NCBI GenBank assembly: GCA_964452555.1
Contig: CAYVMI010000018.1
Location: 32,329 to 96,328, forward strand
Direction: 5' to 3'
Length of the DNA stretch: 64,000 nucleotides
Origin: an uncultured Desulfobacterales bacterium
GTDB lineage: Bacteria > Desulfobacterota > Desulfobacteria > Desulfobacterales > B30-G6
The translations under genes and the position numbers were made by a program. Shown in pieces: positions 8,795 to 18,969 of the stretch. The notes below the pieces were generated by a model. That model searched no databases. It was not told the DNA's origin and worked only from the letters and a program-made list of their open reading frames with translations. How positions within the stretch are numbered: the first letter of the stretch is position 1; each line of letters starts with the position of its first letter.

Positions 8795-10634
8795 TGTAGT
8801 ATTCCTCCATGGGAATGCTAATGATAAAATAGGTGCCTTTTCCGAGTTCACTTTTTACGTCGATCCTGCCACCATGCAGGTTGATAATCTCTGCAGCAAT
8901 GCATAATCCCAAGCCGGTACCTTGATTATCCTGAACCTTGGGATTGGACGAACGATAGAATTTATCGAAAATGTGATCCAGATCTTCCTGGGACATGCCG
9001 TAACCGGTATCGCTGATATCAAAAATGATATTGCCGCCCTCTTTCCGCAAGCCGAAGTCGATCACACCCTTTTGGGGCGTGTATTTAACCGCATTTCCGA
9101 GTATGTTGATAATGGCCCCCTTGAGCAGCTCTTTATCCCCCATAAAAACCGGGAAATTGTCAGGTGCATGACGCTCGATGGCGATCCCCTTTTTCTTGGC
9201 GCTGCCTTGCACCGAGACTAGACAATCCGTAAACAGCGAATCGGATTTAACAATATCTTTACTCAATGTAAGGCTGCCCATCTCGATTCTTGAGAGGTTC
9301 AGTAAATCTTTGATCAACCGCGATAGTCTCTTGGTTTCCTTGTTGATGGTATTAAAAAATTCCTTTTGGGTCTCAACATCCTCAATTTCACCTTCCATCA
9401 ACATTTCGCTGTAGGATTGAATGGTCGTCAGCGGTGTCATGATCTCATGCGACAAGTGGGCCACAAAAGCGATGGTATTTTTTTCCGCGTTTTTCTGGGT
9501 GGTAATATTGTTGAACGTAATTAAACTACCCGAAGAATGATTGTCTGCTCCGGTTAACGGCGTACAGGTGACTGAAAAGACATCTGTCTCCGAAAGCTCC
9601 GTAAGGGATAGCTCCACATGGTTTTGGGCCCGCAGCTGTTCTAGGCTGCCTTGTTGCGAAATGAAATGCACCAGAGCTGAATTGGAAAAAACTTCCTCAA
9701 AAGGCCGGTCGATCATATCGCGCCGAGTTTTGCCCAGATGCATCAACAGATAGTCATTGATGTGAACCACGCAGCCTTGAATATCGATAATCATGATGCC
9801 GTAATTAATGGTATTGAGAATATCGACGATCTGCCTTTTTTCATATTTGACGACACCCACCTGGGAGGCCAGACCCTTGTTATTTCCCTCGATTTTTTTG
9901 AGCTGTTTTTTCAATCGCACCAAAGCCACATGAAAATCTTTAATCATGCCATCAATGCTACCGATGCCGAAGGCCCGGGCCAACTCGTTTTTGGTCCGAC
10001 GCCGCGATGATTTGGGCACCAACTTGGAAACGGTCCCCCGGAGCGGCTTGACTGCCTGAAGGATGCCGTATTGGAATATGATGACGACGGCGGTAATAAA
10101 AAAGAAAAGCATCCCCAACAGGCTGATCCTTTCCTTGGTAAATAGGGATAGCGGCTCGAGCATCAGTCCGATATTAACGGTACCGGCCCGCTCCCCGTTT
10201 TCGAAAATCGGTTTTGAAAAGTCGAAAAGCCGGGCATCGTTATCTGTAAACTCAAAGGGTGAAAACACCAGCCCGGCCGCTTTTACCCTGCTTGAGTTTT
10301 GATCATTCTTGATGGCCAAATTGACCTGGGGCAGCCTAAAGGAAACCAATGTGGCCCCCGATCGATCGACAATGTGACAGTATGCCAGTCCTTCCTTGGT
10401 GGAATACTCCATCAGGGTTCTCACGAAGAAATCATGTTCCTTCTCAAAGGTTGCCATCGGTTGTAAGGCGATCAAGCTGACCAGGTGGTTGCCTTTGGTA
10501 TAGACTTCCTGGACCCGCTCCTTATTTTCGGTCCTGAGTTGAAAATTGGTTATAACAAATAGGCCCGAGAAAATGAGTAATATGAGAAAAAAATTGATGG
10601 CTTTTGTTTTCAGCACGTCGATGCTTCCCTTCAT
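8784..10634 (-). CDS. Membrane sensor histidine kinase (two TM segments, extracytoplasmic domain, PAS, HisKA, HATPase_c)
   Basis: H-box FVAHLSHEIMTPL, G-boxes DTGYGM and GTGLGL; start moved to MKGSIDV (ATG 10634, AAGGTGGTG upstream). Confidence 0.9.
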   Translation of the reverse strand: MKGSIDVLKTKAINFFLILLIFSGLFVITNFQLRTENKERVQEVYTKGNHLVSLIALQPMATFEKEHDFFVRTLMEYSTKEGLAYCHIVDRSGATLVSFRLPQVNLAIKNDQNSSRVKAAGLVFSPFEFTDNDARLFDFSKPIFENGERAGTVNIGLMLEPLSLFTKERISLLGMLFFFITAVVIIFQYGILQAVKPLRGTVSKLVPKSSRRRTKNELARAFGIGSIDGMIKDFHVALVRLKKQLKKIEGNNKGLASQVGVVKYEKRQIVDILNTINYGIMIIDIQGCVVHINDYLLMHLGKTRRDMIDRPFEEVFSNSALVHFISQQGSLEQLRAQNHVELSLTELSETDVFSVTCTPLTGADNHSSGSLITFNNITTQKNAEKNTIAFVAHLSHEIMTPLTTIQSYSEMLMEGEIEDVETQKEFFNTINKETKRLSRLIKDLLNLSRIEMGSLTLSKDIVKSDSLFTDCLVSVQGSAKKKGIAIERHAPDNFPVFMGDKELLKGAIINILGNAVKYTPQKGVIDFGLRKEGGNIIFDISDTGYGMSQEDLDHIFDKFYRSSNPKVQDNQGTGLGLCIAAEIINLHGGRIDVKSELGKGTYFIISIPMEEYYIDD

Positions 10635-11052
10635 TTGAACACCACCTTGATGTGGCAACTTTTAATTAGCCGATGCATTAAATGCCGGTCGCATGCCCGC
10701 ACATGGATATCCTGTGCTATGGTTCTATATCGGCCAACGCACCAGATTCTTTAGTTTTTCTTTATAAAACCATAAAATCGTCGGGTGATTTTATTTTTTC
10801 TAAAGCTTTGTGATATTTTTCCGATATTAAAAACGTAAACCTAAATTTGCTATAGCTTGTCTCAAAATGAAGCTATGAATCTCTGGCAACGCATAGGAGA
10901 TTCCAGCCTGTTAGGTTATTAGGCTATGCCGGACAAGCGAAAAAAGGAGCTTACTCCGGGCATGTGAGCATTTGAACTGCTCTGCAATCCCGCCTAAACC
11001 GGGATCAGGGGGACCTTATTTTTTGTGAGGTTGGCTATAGAAGGAGCATGTT

Positions 11053-11874
11053 GTGAACGATCGTAATCGAACCAAGCTGACCACCATGGAGGTTCTGACT
11101 ATCATATTTTTTTCGTTGATATGCACCATCATCATGGACCACTTGGATGCATATGAGCGTCTGCAGTTGTTCATTATCGAAAATAATATATCTGTGTTTG
11201 ACGAATTCATTGTTTTCTTTCCGGCATTCATAGCCATGGGATTCATCCTGTTTTCAACTAAGCGAGTACAGGAACTAGGCTCGGAAGTTATGCGCAGACA
11301 GAAAGCGGAAGCGGCCTTAGTTGAAAGTGAAAAAAAATACCGCGAACTCAGCATCACAGACGGACTGACCGGGCTCTATAACCAACGGCACTTCTACCAT
11401 CGTCTGGACGCTGAGATTGATCGGGCGCAACGCTATTCAATACCTTTGACCGTTCTCTTAATGGACGTGGATGACTTTAAGCTATTCAATGATACCTATG
11501 GTCATCTGGACGGAGATAAGGTTCTCAAAGAAATTGGCCGCATCATCCACGCCTTTATTCGCAGGTCGGATTCTGCCTTCCGTTATGGCGGCGAGGAATT
11601 CGTCGTTATCATGCCGGAAACAAATGGCAGCAGCGCTCATACGGTGGCAGATCGAATACGCGAAGGCTTTAAACAGCACATTTTCATCACCCACAATAAA
11701 TCAGCCGAACAATTAACCCTGAGCTTGGGTATAGCCGAATGTAATCCCGGTGAAGATTCCCGCACCCTTGTAAAAAGGGCTGATTTCAACATGTACTGCG
11801 CCAAGAAAAACGGCAAAGACCAAATCTGTTATTCCAACCAGGATCCCAACCTCAAACATGCCATCGGATTTTAG
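11053..11874 (+). CDS. Membrane-anchored diguanylate cyclase (GGDEF)
   Basis: GTG start with AAGGAG 6 nt upstream; active site RYGGEEF with RxxD I-site (RRSD) five residues upstream; two N-terminal TM helices. Confidence 0.9.
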   Translation: MNDRNRTKLTTMEVLTIIFFSLICTIIMDHLDAYERLQLFIIENNISVFDEFIVFFPAFIAMGFILFSTKRVQELGSEVMRRQKAEAALVESEKKYRELSITDGLTGLYNQRHFYHRLDAEIDRAQRYSIPLTVLLMDVDDFKLFNDTYGHLDGDKVLKEIGRIIHAFIRRSDSAFRYGGEEFVVIMPETNGSSAHTVADRIREGFKQHIFITHNKSAEQLTLSLGIAECNPGEDSRTLVKRADFNMYCAKKNGKDQICYSNQDPNLKHAIGF

Positions 11875-12068
11875 GGACATCCTATAAAAGAAGGCTTGCA
11901 ACTACCGGCATCGGTCCTATATTTTCACCTATATTGTTTGATTTTATCTCTTGTAAAATTCATATTTAATGGAAATTGGGCCAAAATCGACCTGTAACCG
12001 ATAATCAATGCTAACAGCAAAGAGCCACAAGTTAATGGCTGGCTTAAACGAGATCCGAGAGGTGAATT

Positions 12069-13538
12069 ATGCTTAAACTGAAAACTATTGATCTCCAAAA
12101 GGAAAAGGTTGCCACAGTGGCGGTGCCCGTATGTGAGGATAAAGACATTCACACAGGGGTTTTATCCAAACTTGTGGCCCAGGCCAAAAAGATAGAAGAA
12201 TTTAGCGCCAAAAAAGACGAGGTTCTCACCCTTTACAATCCTGATGGAATCCAAGCTGAACGGGTGGTATTTATTGGCCTGGGAAAACAAGCTGACCTTG
12301 AGCCTGAAAAACTTCGCTCGCTTGCCGGTAAGGCTGTAGCGGCTTGCATTAAAAATGGTCTCAAAGAAATTGTCATCGCCGCCCCGACCCTAAAGAAAAT
12401 TCCCACTTCCGAATCCGATACGCTGACCGCTTTGCTGGAAGGTGCCTGTCTGGCAAATCACGTATTTGACCGCTATAAAAAAGAAAAAAAACTCAAACCG
12501 CTTAAAAACATATCTCTGCATGTATCCGCCGGGAGTGCTAAAAAATATGCGCGAATGCCCAAACGAATCCAAACGATCTGTCAGGGAACACTGTTAGCCC
12601 GAGATTGGATCAGCACGCCCTCCAATGATAAAACCCCGGCTCAGTTGGCCCGGGCCTTTGTCAACCTGGCCCGCAAAGCCCAACTCAGAACCAGCGTTTT
12701 AACCCCCAAACAGCTGCAACAGGGTAAATTCGGCGCACTGCTGGCTGTCGCCGCCGGTAGTGACAATACGCCCCGTCTGGCTACCCTGGAGTATGCCCCC
12801 AAGAATTGGAAAAAAACGGTTGTTCTGGTGGGCAAAGGGGTCACCTTCGATTCCGGCGGCATCAATCTGAAACCTTCCGGTGGTTTAGAGGATATGAAAA
12901 TTGATATGTCCGGTGCCGCCGCCGTGGCGGCTACGCTATTGACCGTGGCCAAACTCAAACCCCGATCACGCGTCATCGGCGTCATGCCGCTGGTGGAAAA
13001 CATGGTTTCCGGAAGGGCAACGCGACCGGGTGACATTATTAAAAGCTATGCCGGTAAGACCGTCGAAATCGGCAATACCGACGCGGAAGGAAGACTGATC
13101 CTGATCGATGCCATGGCCTATGCCCTAAAAAAATACAAGCCGGATGTGATGGTGGACATCGCCACCCTGACAGGTGCCTGTGTGGTAGCTCTGGGCGAAA
13201 AAATCGCCGGCCTGTTTACCCGCGACGATGCCTTGGCCGAAACCCTTTTGTCTGCCGGCGAAAAGACCCATGAGCGCCTGTGGCGGATGCCCTTGCCCGA
13301 TGACTATTTAAAACTCATGAAAAGCGAGTTTGCCGACCTGAACAACATGAGCAGCACCCGCTGGGGCGGCGCCATTACGGCGGCCCTGTTTCTGTCCGAA
13401 TTTACCGAAGGCACGCGCTGGGCCCATATCGATATTGCCGGCCCGGCCTACCAGAAAAAGGCCAGCGAATACTGCCCGGCCGGCGGAACCGGATTCGGTG
13501 TGAGGCTGTTTTGTGATCTGATTGACAACCTTAAATAG
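12069..13538 (+). CDS. pepA: Leucyl aminopeptidase (M17)
   Basis: 489 aa; VGKGVTFDSGG, NTDAEGRL motifs. Confidence 0.95.
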   Translation: MLKLKTIDLQKEKVATVAVPVCEDKDIHTGVLSKLVAQAKKIEEFSAKKDEVLTLYNPDGIQAERVVFIGLGKQADLEPEKLRSLAGKAVAACIKNGLKEIVIAAPTLKKIPTSESDTLTALLEGACLANHVFDRYKKEKKLKPLKNISLHVSAGSAKKYARMPKRIQTICQGTLLARDWISTPSNDKTPAQLARAFVNLARKAQLRTSVLTPKQLQQGKFGALLAVAAGSDNTPRLATLEYAPKNWKKTVVLVGKGVTFDSGGINLKPSGGLEDMKIDMSGAAAVAATLLTVAKLKPRSRVIGVMPLVENMVSGRATRPGDIIKSYAGKTVEIGNTDAEGRLILIDAMAYALKKYKPDVMVDIATLTGACVVALGEKIAGLFTRDDALAETLLSAGEKTHERLWRMPLPDDYLKLMKSEFADLNNMSSTRWGGAITAALFLSEFTEGTRWAHIDIAGPAYQKKASEYCPAGGTGFGVRLFCDLIDNLK

Positions 13539-13554
13539 AATTTGTTGAGTTAAT

Positions 13555-13595
13555 AAAAAATTCCCAATCGGTGATACCGTTTGGGAATTTTATAT
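13555..13595 (+). terminator. Rho-independent terminator after pepA
   Basis: aattcccaa(13 nt loop)ttgggaatt followed by tttat. Confidence 0.6.
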
Positions 13596-13661
13596 GGGAT
13601 TGACAAATCCATATCGATGATGATATTGTAATACGAAATTAATATCGATTGAGGAGTTGTT

Positions 13662-13868
13662 ATGCAAACAGTTACTGTATCGCCGAAATTTCAGGTCGTT
13701 ATACCAAAGGTCATTCGTGAGGCTATGCAGATCCGTCCCGGCCAAAAGTTAAAAATCATCGAGTATGATGGACGAATCGAATTAATCCCAGAAAAGGACA
13801 TCGTAGAATTACAAGGATTTCTTAAAGGTATTAATACGAATTTCATTCGAGAGGACGACCGCCTATGA
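13662..13868 (+). CDS. vapB: AbrB/SpoVT-fold antitoxin (VapB-type)
   Basis: MQTVTVSPKFQVVIPKVIREAMQIRPGQKL; 4-nt overlap with the PIN gene. Confidence 0.8.
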   Translation: MQTVTVSPKFQVVIPKVIREAMQIRPGQKLKIIEYDGRIELIPEKDIVELQGFLKGINTNFIREDDRL

Positions 13869-14242
13869 ATATTGTGGATTCCTCGGGATGGCTTGAATAC
13901 TTTTCAGACGGCTTCAATGCAGAGTATTATAAGCAACCGCTTCAAAATCCTTCTGACTTGATCGTTCCATCCATAACTATTTACGAAGTTTTTAAGGTTG
14001 TTCTACGCGAAGCCGATGAAAAAAATGCACTGCTATCCATAGCTGCCATGCAAAAAGGAACGGTTGTTGATTTAAATCCCAGCATTGCCATCAATGCTGC
14101 CAAGCTGAGTCTTAATCATCATCTCCCTATGGCGGACAGCATTATATTAGCCACTGCAAAAAAGTATGACTGTCTTATTTGGACTCAGGATTCCGATTTT
14201 AAAAATCTACCAAATGTTAATTATTTTCCGATTAAAAAATAA
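13865..14242 (+). CDS. vapC: PIN-domain ribonuclease toxin (VapC)
   Basis: IVDSSGWLEY ... ADSIILATAKK ... WTQDSDF acidic PIN residues. Confidence 0.85.
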   Translation: MNIVDSSGWLEYFSDGFNAEYYKQPLQNPSDLIVPSITIYEVFKVVLREADEKNALLSIAAMQKGTVVDLNPSIAINAAKLSLNHHLPMADSIILATAKKYDCLIWTQDSDFKNLPNVNYFPIKK

Positions 14243-14260
14243 CGATATTCCCTATATTCA

Positions 14261-14300
14261 AAGCCCCAATCGGTTACTAACCAATTGGGGCTTTTATTTC
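14261..14300 (+). terminator. Rho-independent terminator after vapC
   Basis: agccccaat(13 nt)attggggct + ttttattt. Confidence 0.7.
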
Positions 14301-14351
14301 ATATCAATTTAAGCGGCGATGCCACACCCGCTGTAAAATTGCAAAGGATTG

Positions 14352-14480
14352 GTACCTGAGTTGAGCGATTGTCGAGGTTGCCGCATATACAAGGAAGATG
14401 CTTTTCCGCTATAGTTGACTATGCGGGACAGCATCTGACGCCGTAGATGTGGTGAGATCGGCAATCCCGGAGGGTTTTAG
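14352..14480 (+). repeat. Rod-like structured repeat (about 113-nt core), copy 1
   Basis: attgtcgaggttgccg...agatgct..ccgctatag-ttga-ctatgcgg..agcatct...gatcggcaatccc; near-identical to 18842..18969. Confidence 0.8.
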
Positions 14481-14561
14481 TCTTTGGGATATAAGATCGA
14501 TATCATTCCTTGATTTAAAGTATTCACAATTCACCCCAAAAACTAAAACGCTCAGTTCAGG

Positions 14562-15527
14562 TTAGAGCTCTTCGATCGCTTCCGTCAACTCCGGCAGAAA
14601 ATCGAGGATGTCGGCTTCGATGCCCACATCCGCCACCTGAAAAATAGGGGCCTTGGGATTTTTATTGATGGCCACGATAAAGGGATTGCCTTTGATCCCG
14701 CCCAAATGCTGGAAGGAGCCGCTGATCCCGCAGGCCAGGTAAACCTTGGGCTTGACCGTCTGGCCGCTCGTACCCACCTGCCGTGATTTTTCCAGCCATT
14801 TGGCGTCTACGATGGGACGCGAACAGCTCACTACGGCACCCATGGCCTTGGCCAGGTCTTCGGCGATTTCAATATTGTCTTCGTCTTCGATGCCGCGACC
14901 AATGGATACCAGCACATCCTCTTTGGTAATATCCACGTCACCTACTTCTGCCACCACGGTTTCAAGGTAGGTCCGCTTGGTGGACAAATCACCGGCTTCC
15001 CCGGATTTATCTACCACCTGGCCGGAAGCGCTTTTGCTTTCATCCGGTTGAAATGCCCCGGGCCTTACATTGACAACGGCTCCGGCGGCAATATCACAGG
15101 TTACATGGGTGCTGACCGCACCGCCATATTCCTGGCGCACGCATTTGAGAACCGAACCGTCCATGCCCTCAAATCCGACCACATCGGCCACAAAAGCCGA
15201 GTCCATTTTAATGGAAAGACCCGGTGCCAGATCCATACCAAAAGTATCGTGGGGCACCAAAAGCGTGCCATCGGCAGGCAATATGTTTAGTAAAACATTG
15301 CGGATGATTTCAGCATTGGGGTATGCCAGGGCCTCGTTTTCCACCTTCCAAACCTCGGCATAAGATGCCGCCAGATCATTGCAGAGCGCTTCGATCCCCG
15401 AACCCACGACTATGGCTGTGGGCGCTGCACCGGCATCGAGCTGTTTGGCCGCAGTTACCAGCTCCAGAGCTGAATCATCAGGGACCCCGTCCTTATACGT
15501 AATATAACTAAAAATCTGTCCTGACAT
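14562..15527 (-). CDS. etfA: Electron transfer flavoprotein alpha subunit
   Basis: 321 aa; C-terminal FAD-binding signature ...YLACGISGSFQHLGG... Confidence 0.95.
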   Translation of the reverse strand: MSGQIFSYITYKDGVPDDSALELVTAAKQLDAGAAPTAIVVGSGIEALCNDLAASYAEVWKVENEALAYPNAEIIRNVLLNILPADGTLLVPHDTFGMDLAPGLSIKMDSAFVADVVGFEGMDGSVLKCVRQEYGGAVSTHVTCDIAAGAVVNVRPGAFQPDESKSASGQVVDKSGEAGDLSTKRTYLETVVAEVGDVDITKEDVLVSIGRGIEDEDNIEIAEDLAKAMGAVVSCSRPIVDAKWLEKSRQVGTSGQTVKPKVYLACGISGSFQHLGGIKGNPFIVAINKNPKAPIFQVADVGIEADILDFLPELTEAIEEL

Positions 15528-16318
15528 TATTTGAGCCCTCCTTTGGCCTTGAGTAGTTCAATCAGTTTCTCAACGATCTCTTCGGTACTGCCTTCCAGCA
15601 TCTCAGCACCTTCTCCCAGCTCCGGAACGAAATAGTCCAACCGTTTGACACCGGCACCGGCGGCGCCGACGGCCTCGGCCGCCAGCCCCAGGTCTCCGGG
15701 ACCATGCACTGGGATATCAATGGATGCAACCTTGCGGATGCCGCGGATACCGACATAGCGCGGTTCGTTGATACCGGTCTGGATGGAAAGTACGCAAGGC
15801 AAAGTTATTTCACTCATTTCCTGGTTGCCGCCTTCGATTTCCCGCCCAATCTTAAGCTTTTTGTCATCAACGACCTCTATGGCGTTGACCAGCGATGCAT
15901 AGGGCACATCCAACATGGCCGCCAGCATGCCACCCACCTGACCGGCACCGTCGTCAGCCTGGGCTCCGGTCAAAATCAGGTCGTAATTACCTTTTTCCAC
16001 AGCGGCCTTCAGGATGGATGCAATGCCTTTACCATCGGAGTCTTCAAAGGCATCATCGGAAAGCAGCAGGCCGTTGTCGGCACCCATAGCCATTTCGCGC
16101 CGGACCACCTCTTCGGATTCCTCATCACCCACCGAAACCACGGTGACGCTGCCGCCTTTGTCATCCCGGATCTGGATGGCTTCCTCTACGGCATAATTGT
16201 CCCATTCATTGACCGAATATACCAGATCATCAGTTTCAATCCCGCTGCCGTCGCTGTTGACCTCGATTTCATTCTCTGCTGTATCCGGTACTCTTTTGAC
16301 ACATACCAAGATTTCCAT
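15527..16318 (-). CDS. etfB: Electron transfer flavoprotein beta subunit
   Basis: MEILVCVKRVPD... typical EtfB N-terminus; TAATG junction with etfA. Confidence 0.95.
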   Translation of the reverse strand: MEILVCVKRVPDTAENEIEVNSDGSGIETDDLVYSVNEWDNYAVEEAIQIRDDKGGSVTVVSVGDEESEEVVRREMAMGADNGLLLSDDAFEDSDGKGIASILKAAVEKGNYDLILTGAQADDGAGQVGGMLAAMLDVPYASLVNAIEVVDDKKLKIGREIEGGNQEMSEITLPCVLSIQTGINEPRYVGIRGIRKVASIDIPVHGPGDLGLAAEAVGAAGAGVKRLDYFVPELGEGAEMLEGSTEEIVEKLIELLKAKGGLK

Positions 16319-16390
16319 GTCCTACCTCCCATGATTTAATGTAGTTCTTTTTCTATTTGGAAGTCATATTTTTAACCGATCATATACCCA

Positions 16391-16543
16391 CTAAGGGTTC
16401 CAGGAGTCAAGGATCCAAGGGGTCGAGTGAACAAACAAATCGCTGTGAGCTTTTTGCTTTAAGCTGCAAGATAAGGAGCCAAGAGCTAAAAACGAAGAGC
16501 TTATCACTTGAATCCTCGGCTCCTTGAATCCTCGAATCCTTAG
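16391..16543. repeat. Word-tile inverted arms in the etfB / FeS-oxidoreductase spacer
   Basis: ctaagggttccaggagtcaaggatccaagg (16391..) versus cttgaatcctcggctccttgaatcctcgaatccttag (..16543); both arms end in ctaagg/ccttag. Confidence 0.75.
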
Positions 16544-16556
16544 ACCATCAGATCCT

Positions 16557-18659
16557 TTACTCAGCCGCATCTCGGGGGCTTGATTGATTGCTGCCAATAT
16601 GTTGGGCCACCAGTTCGACCAGATCAATGGCTTCCATTTTACCTTCCATGCCGGCAACCTTAATGGCATCTTCCATATTGACCAAACAGAATGGACAGGC
16701 CGTAACAATTACATCGGCACCGGCCTCGGCCGCCATTTCCACCCGTAAAACCCCCATGCGCTGTTCTTCCTCGGGCTCATAAAAAAGCATCAGCCCGCCA
16801 CCCCCACAGCAAAACGACCGATCACGACACTTAAGCATATCGACCCGTTTTAACCCCGGAATGGCATCCAATACTTCTCGGGGCTCGTCATAGAGACCGT
16901 TGTGCCGCCCCAGATAGCAGGGATCATGATAGGTGTAAACCTTGCCGTTGCTGCCGTTCGCCGCCAGCTTTAGATCGCCCGACTTTATCTTTTCCAGGAT
17001 AAGTTGGCTGATATGCTCAACCGGTGGCATCTCATCATAATCGTTTTTGAGCGCGTTGAAGGCATGCGGATCAGCCGTAATGATTTTTTCAACGCCACTG
17101 TTTAAAATCGCGTCTGTATTTTTGTCGCGCAAGTCTTGAAACAGCATTTCCTCGCCGAAACGGCGAACTTCATGACCGCTGTCCTTTTCAGCCTTGCCCA
17201 GGATGCCGAAATCCTCGCCGGCAGCGGACATCACCCTGGCGGTGGCGCGGCCGATATCCTGCATGCGGTCGTCATAAGAAGTGATGCTGTCCACAAAATA
17301 GAGGGTCGCTGCCGACTCTTTTTTACCCAGGACTTTAACCGGGCTATCTTCAGCCAGTTCCTTGGTCCAGTCCACACGTTTTTTCTCCATCTTGCCCCAG
17401 GGATTGCCGCGTTTTTCCAGCGCGCGCAGCGGTTTTTGCAGCGACTGCGGCACCGCGCCTTCATCCACCATCCCCCGGCGCAGATCCACAACCTTGTCGA
17501 TGTATTCGATCCCCAAAGGACATTCCTGCTCACAGGCACCACAGGTTGTGCAGGACCAGATCTCATCATCGTCATACACACTTTCCATCAGCGGCTTACT
17601 TTCCGGAGGAGCGGCTCCCAAAGGATAGATGGGATGGCTTTCAAACAACGCATCACGACCTTTGATGGAGATAAAGCGGGGAGACAAGGGTCGTTTGACC
17701 GCGTTGGCCGGACATTGGTCCGAGCAGCGGCCGCAATCGGCGCAGGAATAAAAATCCAGCATGTGCTTCCAGGTAAATTCGGTAAGATTTTTAACCCCAA
17801 ACGACTCCAGGTCGTCCAGTTGTTCGTCGCTGATACCATGTCGGACCGGCTTGACATTGCCCCGGTCAATCCGCATGAAAAACACATTAAATACAGACGT
17901 GATCACATGAAAATGCTTGCCCAGCGGCAAAAAACACATGAAGAAGAAGAAGGTGATATCATGAATGTAATACATGCCCAGATGGGTCGCCTGAAGACCG
18001 TTTATGGATGCCCCTCCCAGCAATAGCTTGAAAAACCAGGCTAAACTCAGGGGTGCGATCACCTCGGCATGCAGGCCTTTTTGGATCTGGGCGGCTGCAG
18101 TGCTGGCTTCAAACAAACCCTCCGAGATCATGAGCGTGGAAATCAGGCAGAGGACAAACACGGCTTCACCGGTATGGTCTTTACCATAGCGCTCCGGCAC
18201 GGCATAACGTGCCGGTTTGATGATACCCCTGCGTATCATGGCAATGATGCATGCCACCAGCACGGCGGTAGCGGCGTAATCTTTGAGCAAACTATAGACC
18301 ACCCCCAGGCCGCCCCCCAAACCGGGAAAAACAAAATCCGATGAGATGCCGATGATCACCAAGGAAGTGGACCGGATACCCAATATTAGAAAGCCGAAGA
18401 AAATGACAATGTGCAGAACGCCGGCCAGCATGTAGCGCGGCTGTCTCCATTGCAGCAGCCAAATTTTAATCAGCTTGCCGAACCTTTCACCAAAACGGTT
18501 CCAGCGCGGATCCGGTGCCGCCTTGAGCAAGGGAATAATGCGCATGGCCATGATATACGCAAAGACCACCACACCAATTAGGGGAATTAACCATGAAAAA
18601 GTTACTGTCGCAATCCCGATGAAAGATGCATCCGCCGGGGGAATCAACACAGTTTCCAT
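16557..18659 (-). CDS. Membrane-bound FeS oxidoreductase (N-terminal multi-TM domain + 2x[4Fe-4S] + two CCG domains; HdrD/DsrK/GlpC-like, candidate ETF:quinone oxidoreductase)
   Basis: 700 aa; CADCGRCSDQCP and CTTCGACEQECP ferredoxin motifs; FCCGGGG and VTACPFC CCG-domain motifs; sits next to etfBA and an acyl-CoA dehydrogenase. Confidence 0.85.
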   Translation of the reverse strand: METVLIPPADASFIGIATVTFSWLIPLIGVVVFAYIMAMRIIPLLKAAPDPRWNRFGERFGKLIKIWLLQWRQPRYMLAGVLHIVIFFGFLILGIRSTSLVIIGISSDFVFPGLGGGLGVVYSLLKDYAATAVLVACIIAMIRRGIIKPARYAVPERYGKDHTGEAVFVLCLISTLMISEGLFEASTAAAQIQKGLHAEVIAPLSLAWFFKLLLGGASINGLQATHLGMYYIHDITFFFFMCFLPLGKHFHVITSVFNVFFMRIDRGNVKPVRHGISDEQLDDLESFGVKNLTEFTWKHMLDFYSCADCGRCSDQCPANAVKRPLSPRFISIKGRDALFESHPIYPLGAAPPESKPLMESVYDDDEIWSCTTCGACEQECPLGIEYIDKVVDLRRGMVDEGAVPQSLQKPLRALEKRGNPWGKMEKKRVDWTKELAEDSPVKVLGKKESAATLYFVDSITSYDDRMQDIGRATARVMSAAGEDFGILGKAEKDSGHEVRRFGEEMLFQDLRDKNTDAILNSGVEKIITADPHAFNALKNDYDEMPPVEHISQLILEKIKSGDLKLAANGSNGKVYTYHDPCYLGRHNGLYDEPREVLDAIPGLKRVDMLKCRDRSFCCGGGGLMLFYEPEEEQRMGVLRVEMAAEAGADVIVTACPFCLVNMEDAIKVAGMEGKMEAIDLVELVAQHIGSNQSSPRDAAE

Positions 18660-18841
18660 TAATTTTTTTCCTTCATTGCATTGAACGATGATTCATTTGT
18701 AGCTATATTGTAACCAAACCGTCGATATCATAAAAGCATCAACCGGGCAAGTCCCCATAAAAAACTGCGCCAAGTTCAGCTTTCTATTGAAAATTGCCGA
18801 ATTATACTTTTAAGATCCGGTCTACAGCTGCAAGTTACAGT

Positions 18842-18969
18842 GGCCTGATGTGGGCAATTGTCGAGGTTGCCGTAGCTACAAGGAAGATGCTGTTTCGCTA
18901 TAGTGTACTATGCGGGATGGCATCTGACGCAGTAGATGCGGTAAGATCGGCAATCCCGTAGGGTTTCAG
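18842..18969 (+). repeat. Rod-like structured repeat, copy 2
   Basis: About 14 mismatches over roughly 113 nt relative to copy 1 (aligned by eye); same orientation. Confidence 0.8.

Noticed and set aside
14352-18969. Direct repeats flanking the etf block as evidence for a mobile element
   Set aside because: There is no transposase, integrase or target-site duplication. The repeats are hairpin-type elements like others in the window. This is kept only as a recombination hypothesis in the findings.
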